Source: a bacterium (GTDB lineage Bacteria; Patescibacteriota; Minisyncoccia; JAHIHE01). From it: a stretch of DNA of 64,000 nt. The stretch spans positions 66,059 to 130,058 of the forward strand of contig JAUYBG010000010.1 of the NCBI GenBank assembly GCA_030693205.1. Direction: 5' to 3'. Shown in pieces: positions 57,704-64,000 of the stretch. The notes below the pieces were generated by a model that saw only the letters and a program-made list of their open reading frames with translations, did not search any database and was not told the origin of the DNA. Both the position numbers and the translations under genes were made by a program. The stretch's first letter is position 1; every line of letters begins with the position of its first letter.

Positions 57704-59410
57704 TTATTTTCCAAAAATAACACCAGAAAATTTATCGCTTTCCATGTCTATAACTTTGGATATTTTTCCGTTTTTTATCGTAAAATCGGCGTAATTACCG
57801 ATTATTCTCCAATTTTCAGGAAAAGAAATTTCATGATTTATCGTTTTCAACCTCGCTCCGGATTGTTTTTGGAACAAAATACTGTAAGAACCGGTGGCTT
57901 GCGGAGCGTCAAAATCAACTTTGAATGGCAATCTGTAGCGGTACGAAACGGTAACGCTCTCGCCAAGGCTGACATAAACCCAGGAAGCAAAAACCGTCTT
58001 TTCCGCTTCGCGCAAAATTTCCACGTTATTTTTCAAATCAACTTCTTTGCTATTTTCTGTTTCTGTCAATAATTCATCTTTTACAAAATTACTGTAATCA
58101 ACCGCGGAGTCTTTGACAAAATGATCATCCTTTGTCATTCCTGTCGCCTCGATAAGTTCACTGCCGCGGGGAACGTAAATCCTGAGATAATCGCTATTTA
58201 CTCTCTTATACCAATCATCCATGCTTTCATCCCCTTTGTGCGCGCGCGTGATCGTCAGCGTATTAATTACGGAACCGTCTTCTTCTATCTCGCTCGTCAA
58301 AGTCGCGGCCTCATCCATCACCGCATCGGTCTTAAAGCCATTAATGCTCGAGTGCACGATGGCCAAATAATCTTTTTCGGAATAATTGGCTTTCCCCGCC
58401 CAATTATGGTCTTCAACAAATGCCTGCGCTCCGCTATCTTTAAAATTCACTTGAATATCTTTTTGATCCAGATTAACAATGAAATTTTTGGCAATGGAAA
58501 TCTTTTTATACGCTGGCAAACTATCAAGCTTTTCTTTCAGCACCTTAAGAAAATCCGCCAAAAAAAGCTTGGGCTGATTGACGGTTTTGTCGTATTCGCT
58601 TTCCACCTGCCGCGATGTCAGCTCAATGAAATTCTTCTCGCTTAATTCAACGCCATATTTTTCAACCTTTACCGGTCCGATCGCTTTCAGCAGATCCAAA
58701 ACAACTTTCGGGTTTATCGCGATTATGCCGTCCATCGTCTCTCCTCCGGCTCTCTCGTAAAACCAGTTTATTTTTTCCGACGAAGTGGGAAAATCAAAAA
58801 ACCAATTAGAGTCATGCAGGCTCCAGGCAGCGCTTATTTTTTTTATCGGCCGCGGGGGCTCAATGTTCCCGATAAGCTGGCCATCGATATTATAAACATC
58901 GTTCAGTTTTATGCTTTCAACTTTTCCCCCGTCGATTTTTAAAACCCCGACGCTCCCGATAAATCCGCCGGTGGCTCTGGATTCGGACGGGTTTTGAAAG
59001 ACGAGAAGATATTTCTTGGGCCAATCAAAACCCAAGATACTCTTGAATTCTTCGAAACTGCCCGCCAGCTCTTTTATTTTCTTGGTTTCCTTGGTTCCGG
59101 GAAGAAAATTTACCGCTTCCAAAAGCCTGCCAAGCTCCGCAATATTTTCTTCGCTCATGGCGCTCGCCGTCAGATAATTATTTTTTATTTCCCTAAAACT
59201 TTTGTAAAGATCCGTGCTGTAATTCGCGATGCTTAAAAACGCCGCGAGAATTATACCGGCGATCATTTTTTTAAAAGGAAATCTGCTTTTTACCGGTTGC
59301 GCTTCGCACAAGACTTCTTTCTCTTTTCTCGACAAGTCCAGCACATAAGGACCCAAATCATTGCCATTTTCCTTTTTATTCATTCCGTTGGAAATATTAT
59401 ATTTTTGCAT
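57704..59410 (-). CDS. DUF4012-domain envelope protein (N-terminal TM)
   Basis: SESRATGGFIGSVGVLKIDGG matches the DUF4012 signature region. Confidence 0.45.
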   Translation of the reverse strand: MQKYNISNGMNKKENGNDLGPYVLDLSRKEKEVLCEAQPVKSRFPFKKMIAGIILAAFLSIANYSTDLYKSFREIKNNYLTASAMSEENIAELGRLLEAVNFLPGTKETKKIKELAGSFEEFKSILGFDWPKKYLLVFQNPSESRATGGFIGSVGVLKIDGGKVESIKLNDVYNIDGQLIGNIEPPRPIKKISAAWSLHDSNWFFDFPTSSEKINWFYERAGGETMDGIIAINPKVVLDLLKAIGPVKVEKYGVELSEKNFIELTSRQVESEYDKTVNQPKLFLADFLKVLKEKLDSLPAYKKISIAKNFIVNLDQKDIQVNFKDSGAQAFVEDHNWAGKANYSEKDYLAIVHSSINGFKTDAVMDEAATLTSEIEEDGSVINTLTITRAHKGDESMDDWYKRVNSDYLRIYVPRGSELIEATGMTKDDHFVKDSAVDYSNFVKDELLTETENSKEVDLKNNVEILREAEKTVFASWVYVSLGESVTVSYRYRLPFKVDFDAPQATGSYSILFQKQSGARLKTINHEISFPENWRIIGNYADFTIKNGKISKVIDMESDKFSGVIFGK

Positions 59411-59431
59411 TTTATAATTTTCTTTTAAATC

Positions 59432-60619
59432 TTATGGCTTCTCGGGAGATAAGTTTTTTTCTAAAATTTTGCGATAGATTTTATAAGTTTCTTCCGCCAT
59501 GCGGCGCCAAGAAAAATCTTCCAGTCTTCTATGTCCACTCTTGATCATTTTTTCCCTTAAATCACTGTCGGTTAAAACTTTTTTCATCGCCTCTGCCATT
59601 TCTTGATGATCATTGGGATCAAAATACAATGCGCTTTCGCCCAATACCTCGGGAAGCGAAGTTATTCTAGAAGCAACTACCGGCGCGCCGCTAGCAAACG
59701 CTTCCAGTCCCACCAGCCCAAAACCCTCGTAAAAAGACGGGATGACAAAAAGCGAGCAAATATTATAAAACTGGCACAATTCGCCGGCAGGAATAAAGCC
59801 GGGACAAATTATATCGTTTTCCAAATTTAAACTGCGAATTGTTTTTTTAACCTCCGGATAAAAAGGATCTTCTTTGCCGCCAAGAACCAGCTGATAAGCG
59901 CTTCCAAAATCTTTTTTAAAAATCGCAAAGGCCTTGATCAGCCCAACAATATTTTTATGATTGCGCCAGACACCGGTATAAAAAATGAACGGCTTCGCGA
60001 TGCCATATTTAGCGCTTAGCTCTTCTCTTATTTTATCACGATTTGGCAAAATCCTGAAATCGTCGCTAACCCCTTCATAGGTCACGGTTATTTTGCTTTC
60101 CTTGGCGCCAAAATGCCTTATTATATCACGCTTGGTGGAAGCGGAAACGGCGATAACCGCGCTGGCTTTTTTGATCGAGGCGGCAAAAACCAGCCTGAAA
60201 GCCAATCTTCTTATCAATGAGTTCATTTTATTTCCCGGAAAGAAAAAAGGAGTAATGTCGTGGATGGTCACTACGGACCTTCCGGGATATAAAACCGGGC
60301 TATTGAAATGCGGAAAATGCGCGAGATCCAGCCGCTCGCCCAAAAGGTCAAACGGCAAGGCGATTTGTTCCCGCCATGAATACCAATGAGACCCTGTTTT
60401 TATTTTTTTAAAATTCTTTCCGGGCAATTGGAATCTATCAAACTCTTTCTCCGATAAAAAAATCACATATTGATTATTTTTATCAATTTCCGCCAAATTG
60501 ATGATCAAATTCCGGATATAATTGCCAATACCGGTCTGTTCCGCGCCATACATTCTGGCATCAATACCGATTTTATGCGGTTTAATCTTCTTATTAATCA
60601 ACAGCTCTGTTTTATTCAT
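59432..60619 (-). CDS. GT4-family glycosyltransferase
   Basis: EGFGLVGLEAFASGAPVVAS is the GT-B C-terminal EX7E region. Confidence 0.8.
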   Translation of the reverse strand: MNKTELLINKKIKPHKIGIDARMYGAEQTGIGNYIRNLIINLAEIDKNNQYVIFLSEKEFDRFQLPGKNFKKIKTGSHWYSWREQIALPFDLLGERLDLAHFPHFNSPVLYPGRSVVTIHDITPFFFPGNKMNSLIRRLAFRLVFAASIKKASAVIAVSASTKRDIIRHFGAKESKITVTYEGVSDDFRILPNRDKIREELSAKYGIAKPFIFYTGVWRNHKNIVGLIKAFAIFKKDFGSAYQLVLGGKEDPFYPEVKKTIRSLNLENDIICPGFIPAGELCQFYNICSLFVIPSFYEGFGLVGLEAFASGAPVVASRITSLPEVLGESALYFDPNDHQEMAEAMKKVLTDSDLREKMIKSGHRRLEDFSWRRMAEETYKIYRKILEKNLSPEKP

Positions 60620-60709
60620 ACTTTGACGAAAAAATTGTTTTATTAAGTGATTTTAAGTTTTTTCTAATGGCCATTGATTTAAGCTGAAATATGTTCTTTG
60701 TATCATCCC

Positions 60710-60778
60710 GAACTTGTTTCGGGATTTATCGCGAATTTTCGGCTTGATCTAGATGCTGAAACAAGTTCAGCATGACAA
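60710..60778. repeat. Double-hairpin repeat related to family B (atcccgaacttgtttcgggat ... atgctgaaacaagttcagcatgaca)
   Basis: Two 8-bp-stem hairpins ending in ...catgaca, like 1092-1157. Confidence 0.5.
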
Positions 60779-60916
60779 AACTTAAAATGAGTTCTATTGT
60801 TTATATTATAACACGAGAAGGAATTCGAGAAAACGGCCAAAATAAAAAAGCGCTCTTTGGAGAAGCGTCAAAAAGTCTTTGTATAAAAGGATAATGAAAT
60901 TTATAAGTGATGTTTG

Positions 60917-61282
60917 CTAAAACGCGCTTTTTTCCGCCAGCATTCCCAAAAGATTTTTTACCGCTTCCTGCGAATCTTTTTCGCCTGGGCTGTCAATAAA
61001 TTTTTTCCACTGGGCTAAAATTTCCGCGTCGCCTAAATTCCGCACCGCATTCTCCAATTCCAAACGCGTTTCAATATCCACTGTGCCGTTCGCTTTCAGT
61101 ATTTTATCAATAAACATCTTATTGAAATCCAAATACTTTTTATTGGATTGAACTGCTTCCAAAGAACTTTTTGCCTGATTCAATTCTTTTTGCTGAGAAA
61201 AATATTTAATGGCGAAATAAATGTTGCCGGCTAAGAGCAAAATAAAAACCATGAGGCATGCGAATTTTTGATTATTAGACAT
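60917..61282 (-). CDS. Small secreted/anchored protein
   Basis: N-terminal TM/signal. Helical. Confidence 0.3.
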   Translation of the reverse strand: MSNNQKFACLMVFILLLAGNIYFAIKYFSQQKELNQAKSSLEAVQSNKKYLDFNKMFIDKILKANGTVDIETRLELENAVRNLGDAEILAQWKKFIDSPGEKDSQEAVKNLLGMLAEKSAF

Positions 61283-61446
61283 AGCTGTTGATTTAATTTA
61301 AAATAATAAATTTAAAAATAATTCAAAATGACTAATTTAAAAACTTTTAAATTTTCCTGCACAATTTTTTAATTTGTTTTAATATTTTTAATTTAAAATT
61401 TATCATTGTTTTTGAATTTTAAATTTTGAATTTGTTATTTACAGCT

Positions 61447-63714
61447 TTAACCTTTTCTTCTTCTATCTTGATAAAAATTATATGCCAGAAAATAAGCAAG
61501 GATAAGCGCGACAATAGCCAGTCCTGCTATCGCTATCATCTCCCAATCCCTTGCCAGCGAGAATTTAGGTTTCAATTCCAAATTCATATGAACATTGCCG
61601 GCTTCGGAAACGGCAAAATTATCGCTTTGATGCGGATAATAGCCCGGGGCTTCGGCTTTGAGATAATAAGAACCGGCCGGAACCAGGAAAGAATATTTGC
61701 CGGTAGCATCCGTGGTCTGGGGATTTTTTTGATCAAAGTTTTGAGCCGGCCAGAGTTCATACTGGTTATTGGCAGGATTTAATCGGTAAATTGAAACTTT
61801 CACATTCTTAACTCTCGTTTCTTCTTCATTGGCTTCTTTGCGATACACATACCCTTCCGGATCAATCACTGTGATTAAGCGGATTTCTTTGGCAGGAATT
61901 GATTGATTTTGGTAGCTGATTAAAGAAATAATTTCGTATTCACCGGTGACAGCCGGAGTTTGGATGTCAGCAGTCCAGATGCCGTCTTTGTCAGAGTCAG
62001 AGTATTGAAATTGAGCCAGGACAAATCGCTGCTCGACTTCTTGGGGTTTGGATTCTTGAGCAGAAGCGGAAGAAATTAGAAAAGAAGAAATATCATCCCA
62101 AAAAGAGAGACCTTCTGGCGCGGGATTGGCGGAATACGCGCTTTTTTTCAAAGCTATATAACCGCTGATGGAGCGGGCCGGTTTATCCGGCTTAAAAGCG
62201 ATACTTAGATTGGTTGAGGAAGGAGCGGAGATTTTTTGCTTCAGGGAATTCTCATCCATCACCAAGGAAGAATCAAGATTGATTTTTCCCGAGGCGGCGG
62301 AAACAAAGACGACTTCCGAGGGTATTTGTTCCTTTAAATTGGCGGGAAGATCAGCTAAAGGCGTTGGATTGCTGTCCGCCGGCTGAAGCTTGAGAATTTT
62401 CCAGAGATTGGGAATGCTAAAGCTGACGGATGGAACGCGGGAAGCGATATCGGAAATTTGAGAGATGCCAAGCTTTTTAAAAGTTTCGGCCAAAGAAGAA
62501 AATTTTTCAGTGAAAAAAGATATTTCATTGGTTTGAGGAGAAAAGTTTTTAACTTCCGGCAATTTTATAAGGTTCCAATCGGGATTAACGGGCTCGGGCT
62601 TTTCCGGCGGGGTTTCAAAATATGGAGGAGGAGGAGCGGGCTGGGCTTCGCCCTCCGCAGCCTTTGGTGAAGGATGTGGAGTTGCTTCGCCTGCCGCGGC
62701 TTTTGGCGAAGACTGAGGAGAAACTTGAGGAATTACAGACGGCGCGGGAATAACCGGCAAAGAGGCAATAATAATTATGGAATCGGAATAAACTTGCGAG
62801 CTTACGCCATATTGGGTGTAAAATTTTGCGTATAAAATTCTTTTTATCCCTTGTTTGGGAATTTGGCTATTGGGAATTGGCAATAACTCCCATTTTATTT
62901 CTTGTTGAAAAGGAAACTGGCTGGCATTTTTAAAATCAGGAAATTCGGAAATTGCCATTCTAACAGTGTCCGAGCCGACAATTAAAGTAAGATTAACTGT
63001 GGAACTATTTGTATATTCAGCGCCTTGATTAATGGAAATTTTAAATCCGGCTTCGGGATTAGTTGGCGGATTGTAAGCCGCGGGAGGCAAGCCGCCGCCG
63101 GAAGAGCAAGTTTGGCTTAAAATCGGACTTCCTCCGCTGCATCCGGAAGGAGATGACGAAATAATAGTTCTGGTTTGCTGGCCGACAGAACAACCGCTCC
63201 AGTCGGAATATGTCCAAGATACACAAGGCCTCGCGCTTTGCGGCCGCCAGTCGGTCTTGACTTTATAGTCCCCGCCGAAAATAATCCAGCCGATATTTTC
63301 GCTCAAAGCCGATCCGGTGAATTCGCCCGATGAATTAATAATCACGCCGCCATTAGCCGGATTGAATTTTATCCAGCCGGTGTTTTCGCTCCATCCATAA
63401 CCTGATAAATTTCCTTCGCCATCGTTAATAATATTGCTTAAATTTATCCAGCCGGCAGTTTCACTTAAAGCATATCCAGTCATCCCGGAATCCGTCACAT
63501 GGACATTGCCGTTAGCGGTACCGAAATTTATCCAGCCAATGTTTTCTTCCCAAGCGTATTTATAAACGCTGTCAATAGTGCCGTCAGTGGTTGAAGCGGA
63601 AACGGGAAATGCAAAAATAGCGCTTATAAAAACAAGCCCCGTTAGAAACGCGAAGAAGCTTAGAGCGCCAGCACCAATGATATTTTTTAATTTATCTTGT
63701 TTTTTTACTTTCAT
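61447..63714 (-). CDS. Large surface protein with a signal peptide, N-terminal GW-type short repeats, a Pro-rich linker, a carboxypeptidase-regulatory-like (CarbopepD_reg) domain and a C-terminal TM anchor
   Basis: Likely start at MKVKKQ (signal ...FAFPVSAS). Four repeats of the form ENIGWINFG, ETAGWINLS, ENTGWIKFN and ENIGWIIFG. TDATGKYSFLVPAGSYYLKAEAPGYY. C-terminal TM AIAGLAIVALILAYFLA. Confidence 0.55.
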   Translation of the reverse strand: MKVKKQDKLKNIIGAGALSFFAFLTGLVFISAIFAFPVSASTTDGTIDSVYKYAWEENIGWINFGTANGNVHVTDSGMTGYALSETAGWINLSNIINDGEGNLSGYGWSENTGWIKFNPANGGVIINSSGEFTGSALSENIGWIIFGGDYKVKTDWRPQSARPCVSWTYSDWSGCSVGQQTRTIISSSPSGCSGGSPILSQTCSSGGGLPPAAYNPPTNPEAGFKISINQGAEYTNSSTVNLTLIVGSDTVRMAISEFPDFKNASQFPFQQEIKWELLPIPNSQIPKQGIKRILYAKFYTQYGVSSQVYSDSIIIIASLPVIPAPSVIPQVSPQSSPKAAAGEATPHPSPKAAEGEAQPAPPPPYFETPPEKPEPVNPDWNLIKLPEVKNFSPQTNEISFFTEKFSSLAETFKKLGISQISDIASRVPSVSFSIPNLWKILKLQPADSNPTPLADLPANLKEQIPSEVVFVSAASGKINLDSSLVMDENSLKQKISAPSSTNLSIAFKPDKPARSISGYIALKKSAYSANPAPEGLSFWDDISSFLISSASAQESKPQEVEQRFVLAQFQYSDSDKDGIWTADIQTPAVTGEYEIISLISYQNQSIPAKEIRLITVIDPEGYVYRKEANEEETRVKNVKVSIYRLNPANNQYELWPAQNFDQKNPQTTDATGKYSFLVPAGSYYLKAEAPGYYPHQSDNFAVSEAGNVHMNLELKPKFSLARDWEMIAIAGLAIVALILAYFLAYNFYQDRRRKG

Positions 63715-63830
63715 AATTTCTAACGGGGTAAATGGTATAATGAAATAATGCATTAAGTTTTTGAAGCCTTTGTTTTTATTCATATTTATATTAATATCTA
63801 ATGAAAATTGTATCACTAAATCCGAATACC

Positions 63831-63872
<42 letters not shown>

Positions 63873-64000
63873 AATCCGCGCTCGGATATTCCTGCCCCGT
63901 CAAATCCGCAGGATTATTCGGGGTTTTCTTTTGAAAATCTCCTAATCGCTTATTACCAATGCCGGAAAACTAAAAGAAAAAGCTCAAGCGCGGCAAAATT

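Overview
This is an AT-rich (roughly 35-40% GC by eye) bacterial chromosomal segment with small, tightly packed genes under the standard genetic code; TAA, TAG and TGA are all used as stops. The gene content looks Patescibacteria/CPR-like: a DUF4012 protein, tandem FemAB paralogs, GT39 and GT4 glycosyltransferases, giant Ig-like surface proteins, a cohesin-like/dockerin pair, and many small membrane proteins. That lineage assignment is an inference from gene content only.

Recognisable housekeeping genes include gatB, miaA and miaB (adjacent), thrS, dnaE, a partial dcw cluster (mraZ-rsmH-ftsL-ftsI plus a MurF-like gene), murJ, lepA, iscU, rsmE, a polyprenyl synthase, cyclophilin, tRNA-Glu(CUC) and tRNA-Leu(UAG).

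The most unusual locus is a co-directional operon at about 544-6036. It encodes a HldE domain II-like nucleotidyltransferase, a HIT hydrolase, a dCMP deaminase with an N-terminal nucleotidyltransferase-like domain, two Nudix hydrolases, and a two-domain protein joining an MtrA-like domain to a thymidylate synthase (ThyA)-like domain that carries active-site changes. A hemerythrin-like protein follows. I read this as a candidate non-canonical pyrimidine deoxynucleotide conversion or modification module.

Other notable features:
- A family of palindromic hairpin repeats, with copies inserted in-frame in coding sequences, which is reminiscent of Rickettsia palindromic elements.
- A second repeat family bounded by inverted repeats.
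- A putative CA-rich small RNA with its own promoter and terminator.
- An (AG)19 tract upstream of a large surface protein gene.
- A GC-rich island inside a giant adhesin gene.
- A cohesin-like/dockerin gene pair next to a subtilisin.
- A secreted coiled-coil protein with a Kazal domain.
- A HicBA toxin-antitoxin pair.
- An IS481-like transposase.
- A free-standing LAGLIDADG-like endonuclease overlapping lepA.
- A GIY-YIG protein inside a 1.85-kb segment flanked by 150-bp direct repeats.
- A tandem palindromic operator upstream of an HTH-GHKL-DUF4325 regulator.
- Two genes interrupted by single in-frame stop codons.
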